A stretch of DNA of 64,000 nucleotides from a virus. The stretch spans positions 1 to 64,000 of IMG/VR virus record IMGVR_UViG_3300045431_000601. One strand, 5' to 3'. The translations under genes and the position numbers were made by a program. A model generated the notes under the pieces. That model had not been told where the DNA came from. It ran no database searches and saw only the letters and a program-made list of their open reading frames with translations. This document shows, in pieces, positions 54,683-64,000 of the stretch. Each line of letters opens with the position of its first letter. Within the stretch, counting starts at the first letter, position 1.

Positions 54683-56482
54683 TTAGCCGCCGATAACCAC
54701 ACGACCTCCAATTCCTATTACGGTCCAAACACCAGGAACCTGTCCTGTAAAAGACATAATGTTCTCGTCTGATTTAATTCCTATTTGTCCTGGTCGCCCA
54801 GTTGAGCCTGTTGCGCCTTTTACGCCTTTTGAGGCCACTGATGAATTGGTTGTGCCTTTGCCTCCTTGTTGGCCGTTTTGACCTACGGCTCCAGGATCTC
54901 CTGATTGACCAGTCACGTTTGATGCATTAGCGCCTGCAGAACCTTTTGAACCAGGATCTCCGTTGGCTCCTTTGTCTCCTGGACCACCAGCTAAGCCAGT
55001 ATCTCCTTGTATAATATCACCAGATGGTCCTTTAGAACCTCTATCTCCTGTTGCTCCTATCCCACCGCTAGGTCCTGAATCTCCGGCTAACTGTATAGTA
55101 GGTGTGTCTCCTGTAGGACCTTTGTCTCCAGGTACTGTTGGTCCGGTAGCGCCTTTTGCACCAATAATTGTTAAGCCCACATCGCCTGGTATTATTTGAC
55201 CAGGATTTCCCTGACTTCCAGTAGCACCAATCGTTCCGACTTGACCTTTTGTAGATGCTGGTTTTAGACCAGGCGGACCTGAATCACCAGCGAGAGGAGA
55301 AGGCTTAACTCCTTGATCACCAGGGATAGGAGAAGGCTTAACTCCCTGATCACCAGGGATAGGAGAAGGCTTAACTCCTTGATCACCAGGGATAGGAGAA
55401 GGCTTAACTCCCGAGTCTCCTTTTATATTTTGACCATCATCGCCTGTGGCTCCAATAATCATAATAGATTCTACAGGTTTTACGCCTTTATCTCCTATTT
55501 CGCCAATTATAGGATCAGGTCTATCTCCTTCTGGGCCTTGGGAACCTTTTTCGCCTCCTATTATTAAACCTGGTTTGCCACCAAGTCCTTTTAAGCCTTT
55601 TAATCCTTCTTTTGGAGATCCTTGGTCACCTTTAGCGCCTGGAGAGCCAAATTCTCCAATAATTATGGCGCCAAATTCTCCTCTGTTTCCTCTATCCCCT
55701 TTGGCACCAAATACAAGTCCGTATCCCATTTCTCCTGTATCTCCTCCAGAACCAGAAGCACCAATTGATCCTACGCCTCCTCTTTCGCCGCTTCCTCCTC
55801 TAGAGCCTTTACCTCCTATTATAAATACCCCATCTGATCCTGCACTTCCTCCAGAACCAGAAGCACCAATTGATCCTGCGCCTCCTCCTTCGCCGCTTCC
55901 TCCTCCTTTTCCTGATTTTCCGATACAACTAAGAGGGGGATTACATAAACCAGTAATTGGGAAGCTTTTGGTTGATAAAATCCAAGGAGGATCATTTGTA
56001 CCGTCATCTATAGGTCTCATTTTAGCTTCTCCTGCTACAAAAGGAATATCAGAACTTAAAATGTTAATCTCTTGTGAATTGTTTTTTATATTTAATTGAG
56101 GATTATTTTTTTGTAGATAAACATAATTAGAAATTGTTCTATTTTCAGTATAAATTCCTTCTTTTGCAAAAATTGTTCTATATTTTTTTCCATAAGTACT
56201 AATAGAACCTGAGCTAATTGGAAAGCCATCTATTCTAAAAAGATAATCTTTGTTTTGAGATTCTATATATAAATAGTTAACCTGTTGGTTTGTCCCAGGG
56301 ATCATATCTTCCCCCGAACATCTTTTCTTTTTAATATTATTCCAATGTTTAGGTTTACATATGCCGTTTGTATCTCCAAAACCTAAATTTCCCCAAAAAA
56401 TATTATCGCTCTTTCCTGAGGCGTATACCGACCATAAAGGTTCATCATAACTAATATCTTGGATAGGGTTATAATTTTTCAT
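54683..56482 (-). CDS. collagen-like protein (599 aa, interrupted Gly-X-Y)
   Basis: Gly-X-Y with frequent interruptions; N-domain ends in [14 protein letters not shown]. Confidence 0.8.
   Translation of the reverse strand: MKNYNPIQDISYDEPLWSVYASGKSDNIFWGNLGFGDTNGICKPKHWNNIKKKRCSGEDMIPGTNQQVNYLYIESQNKDYLFRIDGFPISSGSISTYGKKYRTIFAKEGIYTENRTISNYVYLQKNNPQLNIKNNSQEINILSSDIPFVAGEAKMRPIDDGTNDPPWILSTKSFPITGLCNPPLSCIGKSGKGGGSGEGGGAGSIGASGSGGSAGSDGVFIIGGKGSRGGSGERGGVGSIGASGSGGDTGEMGYGLVFGAKGDRGNRGEFGAIIIGEFGSPGAKGDQGSPKEGLKGLKGLGGKPGLIIGGEKGSQGPEGDRPDPIIGEIGDKGVKPVESIMIIGATGDDGQNIKGDSGVKPSPIPGDQGVKPSPIPGDQGVKPSPIPGDQGVKPSPLAGDSGPPGLKPASTKGQVGTIGATGSQGNPGQIIPGDVGLTIIGAKGATGPTVPGDKGPTGDTPTIQLAGDSGPSGGIGATGDRGSKGPSGDIIQGDTGLAGGPGDKGANGDPGSKGSAGANASNVTGQSGDPGAVGQNGQQGGKGTTNSSVASKGVKGATGSTGRPGQIGIKSDENIMSFTGQVPGVWTVIGIGGRVVIGG
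55283..55411. repeat. 33-bp tandem repeat, about 4 copies ([11 protein letters not shown])
   Basis: GGAGAAGGCTTAACTCCYTGATCACCAGGGATA units. Confidence 0.85.
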
Positions 56483-58407
56483 GCGGCGTAAGGAGGAGTA
56501 GCATAAACGATTCCATCTAAATCCCCAAGATATCTAGTACCAAGTAACATTCCGCTTTTTATTAAGTTTTTATCGCATGACTGTGAACCAAAAACTTCAA
56601 AAGAAATTCTTGGCCCAATAATAAAGGTTATATATTTTGCGTTATAAAAAGTTGTTGGAGAATCTCCGAAGTTAATGCTTACTATATCCCAAATACTTCC
56701 GTAGCCCATTCCGGTAGCACCTGTAGCTCCTGTAGCTCCTGTAGCCCCTGTAGCTCCTATACTGCCTGTAGCCCCAGTATCGCCCGTTGCGCCTCTTATT
56801 CCAGCGACGCCTTGCTGACCTTTATAAGAAGGTCCAACTATAGGACTGTTTCCAGACGGACCTGTTAATCCTCTATCTCCAGCAGGACCTTTTTGTCCTG
56901 TGGGACCTTTGATTCCAACGTTTCCAGTTGCGCCTTTTATTGAATTTCCTTTTGCTCCAGTATCTCCAATTGGTCCTTTTTGTCCTGTGATTCCTCTTTC
57001 GCCAATAGGTCCTTTTATTGAGGCTCCAGAAGGACCTTTGTCTCCTGTCGCCCCTTTTACTCCTTTTATACCTGTAGCTCCTTGAATCCCAGGCGAACCT
57101 GTCGCACCAGTAGAACCTTTTGGGCCAGTTGCTCCATTTATTCCTTGAACGCCTTTACCGCCAGTAGCGCCAGTACTCCCAATAGGTCCAAGAATTCCAG
57201 TGGCACCCGTAGATCCTATTGCGCCCTTTGCTCCAGGAACTCCAGTAGCTCCAGAAGCGCCCTTTGCTCCAGGAACTCCAGTAGCTCCAGAAGCGCCTTT
57301 TGCTCCAGGAACTCCAGTAGCTCCAGAAGCGCCTTTTGCTCCAGGAACTCCAGTAGCTCCAGAAGCGCCTTTTGGTCCCGTTGCTCCAGTTATGCCTTTG
57401 GCTCCGGTAGCGCCTGTAGCACCAGTAGAACCGGTAGAACCTTTGGGCCCTATACAAGTAGGAGGACAAGGACCTATAACTCCTTTTGGTCCAGTTTCCC
57501 CTTTTACTCCAGGAACGCCTGTAGAGCCAACTGGGCCAGTAGCCCCAGTTGAACCTGTTGCGCCTTCGCAACCAGGAGGACAAGGGCCTGTTGCGCCTTT
57601 CGCTCCACCAGGACCAGATGCGCCTTTAGCACCAGGTGCGCCCGTCGCTCCAGTCGAACCAGTAAAGCCTTTTATTCCAGGAGCACCAGTTGCGCCCGTC
57701 GCTCCAGTCGAACCAGTAAAGCCTTTTATTCCAGGAGCACCAGGTGCGCCCGTCGCTCCAGTCGAACCAGTAGAGCCTATTGACCCAGGGATAGAAAGAC
57801 CTGGAAGGCCATTAGCTCCATCTTCGCCTTTTATTCCAGGAGCACCAGTTGCACCCGTCGATCCAACGACGCCCGTAACACCTGTGGCTCCTGGAACACA
57901 ATCAGAGCATATTTTTTGCAATCGAAATGGTCGGGTAGTTAATACATAAGGAGGATTAACTGTCCCATCATTTATCATATACATTCTTGCTTCAGGTGGG
58001 CTTGCCATTATCAGACTAGAGGTAGTAATAGATATAACATTACGACTTGTTATACTTTTTATATATGCCATAGAAAGCATATCAGAAGAAAGAAAATACA
58101 ATAAATTTTTTGTATATTCACTAAATTGAAGAAGGGCGTAAGAATTTGTATTCCCTAAAAAGATATTCCTATATTGATTAGCATGAGCAGAAAATGAAAT
58201 CCAATCGCTTGCATTATAAAAAGAAGCAGTTATTTTATCTGGGCTAGGATAATAGATATAATTTACATTATAAAATCTGTCAGTCACATTTTCGTCATCT
58301 AAAGGATGAAGAGAATTTATACCAATCTGGAGAGCTTTATAAGCTTTATAATATTTAGCCCAAGATACAGAATATAGCTCTTGATTTATGGGAAATGTAT
58401 TTTGCAT
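56479..58407 (-). CDS. collagen-like protein (642 aa)
   Basis: About 390 aa Gly-X-Y rich in GAT/GST; PCPPGC and PCPPTC interruptions. Confidence 0.85.
   Translation of the reverse strand: MQNTFPINQELYSVSWAKYYKAYKALQIGINSLHPLDDENVTDRFYNVNYIYYPSPDKITASFYNASDWISFSAHANQYRNIFLGNTNSYALLQFSEYTKNLLYFLSSDMLSMAYIKSITSRNVISITTSSLIMASPPEARMYMINDGTVNPPYVLTTRPFRLQKICSDCVPGATGVTGVVGSTGATGAPGIKGEDGANGLPGLSIPGSIGSTGSTGATGAPGAPGIKGFTGSTGATGATGAPGIKGFTGSTGATGAPGAKGASGPGGAKGATGPCPPGCEGATGSTGATGPVGSTGVPGVKGETGPKGVIGPCPPTCIGPKGSTGSTGATGATGAKGITGATGPKGASGATGVPGAKGASGATGVPGAKGASGATGVPGAKGASGATGVPGAKGAIGSTGATGILGPIGSTGATGGKGVQGINGATGPKGSTGATGSPGIQGATGIKGVKGATGDKGPSGASIKGPIGERGITGQKGPIGDTGAKGNSIKGATGNVGIKGPTGQKGPAGDRGLTGPSGNSPIVGPSYKGQQGVAGIRGATGDTGATGSIGATGATGATGATGATGMGYGSIWDIVSINFGDSPTTFYNAKYITFIIGPRISFEVFGSQSCDKNLIKSGMLLGTRYLGDLDGIVYATPPYAA
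57220..57373. repeat. 36-bp tandem repeat, about 4 copies ([12 protein letters not shown])
   Basis: TTTGCTCCAGGAACTCCAGTAGCTCCAGAAGCGCC units. Confidence 0.85.
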
Positions 58408-58409
58408 TC

Positions 58410-60002
58410 TTAAACCTCAATGCTTTTTTGTTCATAAGACGATAATGTATTAGATAAGTTTGAACCAGAAACAATTAATTTAACGTTAATTTTATTTAAA
58501 TCAAAATATTTTTTATAATATACATCAATATAAACATTTTTTACATTTTTGTCTAGTTGAATAGAATGCGAGTATGTATTATTATTAAAATTTAAATAAC
58601 TTTTATTTTTAAAATCAACAAAATTTGTGCTATTTGTGCCTGTAGCTAAATTAAAAGCATCAAAAAAGTTTTTATTGTATGTTATGGATTGATTAGAATA
58701 TCCTGTTATTATCTTTTCTACAAAAACAGAAGCCATACCCGAACCTGTAACAGTTGTAATAAATCCAGTAACATTAATTCCGTCAATAATACCAGTGACA
58801 ACATTATTATAATCAATTAGTCCTTGCTGCGCATAACCATTAATTGTTGTATTTAGATTTTTAAATACAATCGCTCCATTTTCCATACCAGAAGCTTGGA
58901 CGTTTACATCCTGATTAGTTAAATACTGATTTAAGTAGACAAACTCTTCTAGGTTATCGTTAATAATTCCTGTGACTGTGTTGTTCGAAAGAAAATTATA
59001 CCCTGTTCCGCTAACGGAAACATTTTTAGATATATATCCAGAGCCATAAATATTGCCAGATAATTCTTCTCTCAATCCCGTAGACAATATAATATTAGCA
59101 GAAAAATTACCCGTATCTCCAGAGATATATTTTAAATTGACAGATAAGATTTTGTCTAAAGGCTCTTCTTGGGTATTATTTCTAGAAACAAGATCAGCAC
59201 TAATAACGTACCTTTCTAATCCACTAGCACCAATTTCAATTTCGCTTAAATTACTCTGATAAGTAGACACGTCGAATGTTTTAAAAAATTCTGAATTAGT
59301 TTTTGTTCCTGTAATAAAAAAATCTTTATTTATTAAACCAAAATTAGTATTTAGATTTAATTTAATAGGATAAACTTCAGAATTGTTATATGTGTTTTCA
59401 AGATTTACTAAAGGAGCGAATTGTATATTGTAATTATTTTGGTCTTTATTTATATCTAATATTTTAAAAATATTACTATAGTTAAAACTAGAATTAGATA
59501 TTGATCCAGAAAAAATTTCTATATTTTTATGATCTATGTCTATAAAATTTCCAGTTATTTGCTGTGAGCTTAAATCAAATGTATTTTGTATATCCAGACT
59601 ATAGCTAGGTAATTCTCCGTATATTTTTAAAGAACTTAAATTAAAATTTACATCTGAATTTATATAATAATTATTATAAGGTCTATAAAAATTAGCCGGA
59701 GCCGCGTAAATTAAATTCTTTGTTTCAATTGGAGTGCCATTAATATAACAAGAGAAAGCTTTGTCCTTAAAAACTCCAGATAAATATATATCTTCCCCAA
59801 GATTTAAGCTGTAAATATGCTTATTTTTAAAATATAATCTATTTTTTTTTACATTAAATTCTATCTTTTCATATGTAATATTTTTTAAATTTGATAGTCC
59901 AAAAAAAGAATTAATTGGATAAGATTCAATATTAAATTTTTTTACAAAAAAGAAATTTGTTTGATCAGGAAAACTAAAACTTTTATTTCCACTTATAATC
60001 AT
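58410..60002 (-). CDS. putative tail/baseplate structural protein
   Basis: Asn-rich with recurring SG/TG turns; in an operon with the fibre genes. Confidence 0.55.
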   Translation of the reverse strand: MIISGNKSFSFPDQTNFFFVKKFNIESYPINSFFGLSNLKNITYEKIEFNVKKNRLYFKNKHIYSLNLGEDIYLSGVFKDKAFSCYINGTPIETKNLIYAAPANFYRPYNNYYINSDVNFNLSSLKIYGELPSYSLDIQNTFDLSSQQITGNFIDIDHKNIEIFSGSISNSSFNYSNIFKILDINKDQNNYNIQFAPLVNLENTYNNSEVYPIKLNLNTNFGLINKDFFITGTKTNSEFFKTFDVSTYQSNLSEIEIGASGLERYVISADLVSRNNTQEEPLDKILSVNLKYISGDTGNFSANIILSTGLREELSGNIYGSGYISKNVSVSGTGYNFLSNNTVTGIINDNLEEFVYLNQYLTNQDVNVQASGMENGAIVFKNLNTTINGYAQQGLIDYNNVVTGIIDGINVTGFITTVTGSGMASVFVEKIITGYSNQSITYNKNFFDAFNLATGTNSTNFVDFKNKSYLNFNNNTYSHSIQLDKNVKNVYIDVYYKKYFDLNKINVKLIVSGSNLSNTLSSYEQKSIEV

Positions 60003-60008
60003 ATTTTT

Positions 60009-62366
60009 TTATCCCACGAAAGCTCCATAACCAATTTTTGTTGGACGGATTCTATTAGTTATAACCTCTCTATTAGGCATTTGTCTATTTCTGCTTTGAT
60101 AGACTAATTCTCCGAAAACTCCATTTTCATCTAAATACGCTGATATGCTAGATAACCCATTCTTTCCGTCAAGTGGTAAATCTTTAAAATCTAATCCTAT
60201 AGTTTTTATTTTTAAAGTCCTCATTGAATTAGAATATTCGCCTACGATCAATGGAGGATATTCTATACCTAAAATAGCATTTCCAGCAAAATTTTTTGTT
60301 TGTGTAATATCGTCAGTGTTCATATTTAATTTCATTACAGAATCTGTATTTGGCACTCTAACATCTACAAAATATTCTCTAGATTTAACATAATGAGTAT
60401 TTTGCTTGATAGTTCTTACTCCCTCGTGTTTTGCCGTCACAGGATAACCTATGATAGCGCAACCATTTAAGCTACAAATTTTTATTGCTTTTGAAGTATA
60501 GTTATGAACTAATCCAGGTTTTTTAGGCCTTATAATAGATACGCATTCATTTTGTTTTCTGCATACTTCTGCTACTGGGTCTAATTCACATAATAATTTA
60601 CAAAAATCTTCATTTTTGCATTGACCGGTGTCTTCATTTATCTCGCATGGGGTTACATATCCATCGCTAATTTTTTGCTCGTCTGGATGAGGAAAATTTT
60701 GTGCAGAAGAAAAATTAATTAAACCTTGAGTTGGAATATAAGCTAAAACAGTCCTAATAGAGCTTACAGAATTTTTACATCCTTGACTAGAGTTACCAGA
60801 CATATTTGCTTGATTTAAAACTCCCCAATCAACACCAGTAGCCTCTTTTAATTTTAACCTTACCGTTCCGACGATATCCATATATACGGGCGCAAAAGCG
60901 TCTAAACAATCAAATATTTCAGATATTTCGCTTGGATTAGGAGTGAAAGTTGGATTTCTTTCTAAATAATATCTGACTCTTGTACCATTGGAAACATTTT
61001 CTTTGTCATCTTTATTCGTATAGCTTGGCTCTGGATCGTCTTTTACGTCTTCTTCTAACCTAACTAATGGTGTCCAAAACCCTTCGGACGAACGCCCTTG
61101 CACACAATATACATCTGATTTTCTTACGGTAGTATTTGTATAATATGTTCTTCCATATTCTGCCATTAGTCTATTTTCGTGAGATTTCCAAGCATCAGCT
61201 AAAGTTGAATCTAAATTTGCAATTACAAATTTTCCAGGAAATTTGTTTTTTAAATCATAAAAAGTTTTAACATCAAAACCTCTATCAAATATATAATTTG
61301 GATCACTAAATTCTTTTAAAATATTTAGACCCGCACGATGGTAGTATCCTTTTGTAAGCATCCAATGAGTTCTTGCAGTATCTGATGCAGCTCCTAGGAT
61401 TGCTCCTTCTTGGTCTATAGATTCCCACCGAAAAGGAGCATAAAAATAATCAAGCTCTTCATAAAGTGTATTTTCCCAATTTAATATTTTTCCTGGCACA
61501 GTAGCAAATTGAGTGGTTCCAACTGCGTAAGTTCCTTCTTTAGATGATTCCAATGAATAGCTAGATAAATCTAAAGAAGGAGCTGGATTATTATTTCTTT
61601 CTATTTTAGAAACTACTCCTTCAATATTTATTCCTGTAGATAGATCGATACCGATAATAGATTGATTTAACGAATCCCAATAAAAATCATAACCAAAATC
61701 AGCACACCAATTAGATAAGACTTCTCTTAAAGTACCAGTGTGATTAGATTGGTACTTTGGAAATTTATCTAAAAAACCTCTATGAGATATTCCCGCTTTA
61801 TTCATACCAATTAAAAGTTGGCTAAAATTATACATTACATCTGGTATTTCGCAAGGATTAGACGTGAAAAGCTCTTCACCAAGGCATATAACTGGGTTTT
61901 TAAATCCAACGTGCGAAGCGGAGCTTCTGTTTATTGTTGTATCTACAACCGTAGTCTCTCCTAACCGCAAACAAGAAGCGCATGTTATTTTTGCTTGAAA
62001 AGGTCTTATAGGCCCCGGACCGACTTTGCAGTGTCTATTGATTAATCCGACAAAGATTCTATCTAGTTTTATTGACGCATCTACAAAAGTGTACGTTGCT
62101 GTTTTGTTTCCTGGAGACACATTTTTTTTAGAAGACAATAGATACATACTCGTCGAAAAATTGCCGAAACTAATACTATATGGAGCCTGCAGATTTGGAT
62201 CAATAATCTTTAATTCTTTTTCAAAACTTTCATTTACAACTTCTAAAGTCAATTGACTTGGAGATTGCGAGTAATTTTGTGTATAATTAGCGCTATATAT
62301 AAATCCTTCCCCAAATCGTCCTTTGGCGCCATTTACGCTAATCTCTTCTATGCTTCTTTTAGGCAT
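60009..62366 (-). CDS. putative baseplate hub / tail protein
   Basis: SPSQLTLEVVNE and TGTLREVLSNWCADFGYDFYWD resemble hub-type folds; GTGTAA upstream. Confidence 0.5.
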   Translation of the reverse strand: MPKRSIEEISVNGAKGRFGEGFIYSANYTQNYSQSPSQLTLEVVNESFEKELKIIDPNLQAPYSISFGNFSTSMYLLSSKKNVSPGNKTATYTFVDASIKLDRIFVGLINRHCKVGPGPIRPFQAKITCASCLRLGETTVVDTTINRSSASHVGFKNPVICLGEELFTSNPCEIPDVMYNFSQLLIGMNKAGISHRGFLDKFPKYQSNHTGTLREVLSNWCADFGYDFYWDSLNQSIIGIDLSTGINIEGVVSKIERNNNPAPSLDLSSYSLESSKEGTYAVGTTQFATVPGKILNWENTLYEELDYFYAPFRWESIDQEGAILGAASDTARTHWMLTKGYYHRAGLNILKEFSDPNYIFDRGFDVKTFYDLKNKFPGKFVIANLDSTLADAWKSHENRLMAEYGRTYYTNTTVRKSDVYCVQGRSSEGFWTPLVRLEEDVKDDPEPSYTNKDDKENVSNGTRVRYYLERNPTFTPNPSEISEIFDCLDAFAPVYMDIVGTVRLKLKEATGVDWGVLNQANMSGNSSQGCKNSVSSIRTVLAYIPTQGLINFSSAQNFPHPDEQKISDGYVTPCEINEDTGQCKNEDFCKLLCELDPVAEVCRKQNECVSIIRPKKPGLVHNYTSKAIKICSLNGCAIIGYPVTAKHEGVRTIKQNTHYVKSREYFVDVRVPNTDSVMKLNMNTDDITQTKNFAGNAILGIEYPPLIVGEYSNSMRTLKIKTIGLDFKDLPLDGKNGLSSISAYLDENGVFGELVYQSRNRQMPNREVITNRIRPTKIGYGAFVG

Positions 62367-62387
62367 AACCTTATTCCTTTGTGTATT

Positions 62388-64000
62388 TTACACTATATCT
62401 ACGGGTATGTTTCTTATCTGATTTTCTAAATAAGGTAATAATTTAAAATTATTAATGTTATTAAAATCAGAAGTATATTGATAGTCTACACCTTCTTTCT
62501 GAAGGACTCCATTAATCCATATTAATTCTAAGCCATTAACTTCTTCTTCTTGTAGAGAATCTGTATTAATTTTATTATTAATTAGATCAAGGGGCATTGA
62601 CAAAGCGCTTACAGTCTCATCAGACCTTATTAATAATTGACCAATTATACCATTTGGATAACTTGAAAATATTAAGCTAATAACCTGTGCGTTTAAATTT
62701 TGTGTTATCATATAATCTATATTTTTATCTATTTTTTTTCCATTTAAATATAAATTACATTCATTTAGATCTACATCATTTGTAACAAGAGGTGGATTAA
62801 AATAATAGATTCCGTCTTCTTTTTTTTCTACTTGTCCTTCGTAGTAAAAATATGATCCAGAATTAGATAACGTATAAACAACACTGTCTTGATCGTCTAA
62901 GGTATAATTTTTAATTGTAAAACCATGTCCGCCAAGATCATAGTTAGTTTTTGGAAGAAGTAATCCGTTTAAATAAACATGAATATTCATACTATCATTT
63001 AAATCTTGATGGGCTTCACAATAATTGCTATTAATAAATACAGGGACATATATTTTTTTAGAGAAATTAAAAGTATTAATGTTTATGTAGTTATTGCCTG
63101 GAAGAGGTTTTTCTAAATAGATATTTTTATTAGAATAAGTATTAAGCAAAGTTTGATTATATAAGTTTTTTATTGAAGTAATTTCTTCAAATGTAGATAC
63201 ATCTTCTTGATTTAGGTACTCTATCGCTTCTCCGTATAAATGTCCCGTAACTCCAGAGGTTACGAAAGCATTAATTTTTGAATCATAAACATTAACGTAT
63301 CCTGTTATACCTGTGCCAACAATAGCGTTTGGGTTGACGATTGCATTTGAAAACATTTTTTTTGACATCTGTACTTGGACTTTTCGTTCAATTTCTCCTG
63401 TTTTAAATAATAATAAATTTAATTCTTTTGCAAAAGATTCAGATGTAATGTAATCAATATTATATATATTTTTAATATTACCATAAAATCCCGTATAAGA
63501 ATTTCTTAAACCAGTTAGATTTCCATAATAAATCTTTTTATCTTTGCCAAATAAAGACGTATTTGCTCTAATTGATTTAGACTCGTATGTATAATCTTTA
63601 TTTGGATCAAATAAATTTATTTTTAAAGTATTGGGAGAAAAAAATATATTTAAAATATTATTATTCTTTAAAACTGAAGAAAAAGTTTCTGTTCTGAACG
63701 ATTCTTCTCCGGAATATTCGATATATAATTTATGATGGTCATTAACGCCAAGAACTACATCATATTTATTAGGTTCAAATATATGAGATAAAACTCTAGA
63801 CTGATTTGAAATTAGTTGAGGAAAATATTCAAAGTCTAATATTATTAATCCTACATCGTTATTTGCGCTAGAGGTATACCCAAAGAGTGCGGATCCGCTA
63901 GTAAAATTATTAGCAATACTATAAAATTTTCCAGGATTATAATTTAAATCAACAGTTAAATTATTATTTATATTCTGAAATTGGTTAGCTCCGGAAAAAG
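62388..64000 (-). CDS. putative virion structural protein, 5'-truncated by the window
   Basis: Frame stays open from 63368 to the window end; repeated (V/L)YLNG....(G/N).DY motifs. Confidence 0.65.
   Translation of the reverse strand, partial: FSGANQFQNINNNLTVDLNYNPGKFYSIANNFTSGSALFGYTSSANNDVGLIILDFEYFPQLISNQSRVLSHIFEPNKYDVVLGVNDHHKLYIEYSGEESFRTETFSSVLKNNNILNIFFSPNTLKINLFDPNKDYTYESKSIRANTSLFGKDKKIYYGNLTGLRNSYTGFYGNIKNIYNIDYITSESFAKELNLLLFKTGEIERKVQVQMSKKMFSNAIVNPNAIVGTGITGYVNVYDSKINAFVTSGVTGHLYGEAIEYLNQEDVSTFEEITSIKNLYNQTLLNTYSNKNIYLEKPLPGNNYININTFNFSKKIYVPVFINSNYCEAHQDLNDSMNIHVYLNGLLLPKTNYDLGGHGFTIKNYTLDDQDSVVYTLSNSGSYFYYEGQVEKKEDGIYYFNPPLVTNDVDLNECNLYLNGKKIDKNIDYMITQNLNAQVISLIFSSYPNGIIGQLLIRSDETVSALSMPLDLINNKINTDSLQEEEVNGLELIWINGVLQKEGVDYQYTSDFNNINNFKLLPYLENQIRNIPVDIV

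Noticed and set aside
55283-57373. 33- and 36-bp repeats as a CRISPR array
   Set aside because: Head-to-tail coding repeats without unique spacers; the RecB/Cas4-like nuclease is in the replication block with no cas genes.

Overview
AT-rich, gene-dense 64-kb segment of a large tailed dsDNA phage genome, read in the standard bacterial code. No host genes, rRNA or CRISPR were seen, and no capsid, portal or terminase is recognisable in this window. Contents: (i) a replication/recombination block (RecA-like, DnaB, primase, PD-(D/E)XK nucleases, DnaE split into PHP and core with a DnaQ exonuclease between them); (ii) nucleotide metabolism (NrdAB, thioredoxin, PurA, IMPDH/GMP-reductase family, dCMP deaminase, dNMP kinase, ThyX); (iii) about ten glycosyltransferase-like genes plus Gmd, a GDP-mannose 3,5-epimerase-like enzyme and a methyltransferase; (iv) probable virion genes, including three collagen-like fibres and two ~940-aa Cys-rich repeat proteins; (v) a sigma factor and two promoter classes (sigma70-like, and a GTGTAA motif just before probable late genes); (vi) RNA elements missed by the ORF track. 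These are a tmRNA (8769-9156), a structured non-coding region (about 27560-27885) and, most notably, a group I intron catalytic core (about 23279-23490, minus strand). The core sits behind its own promoter-like motif, has no upstream exon, and is followed by an orphan start-less reading frame coupled to the next gene. It is a candidate 3' half of a split (trans-splicing) or permuted group I intron. All protein assignments come from motif recognition by eye; no searches were run.
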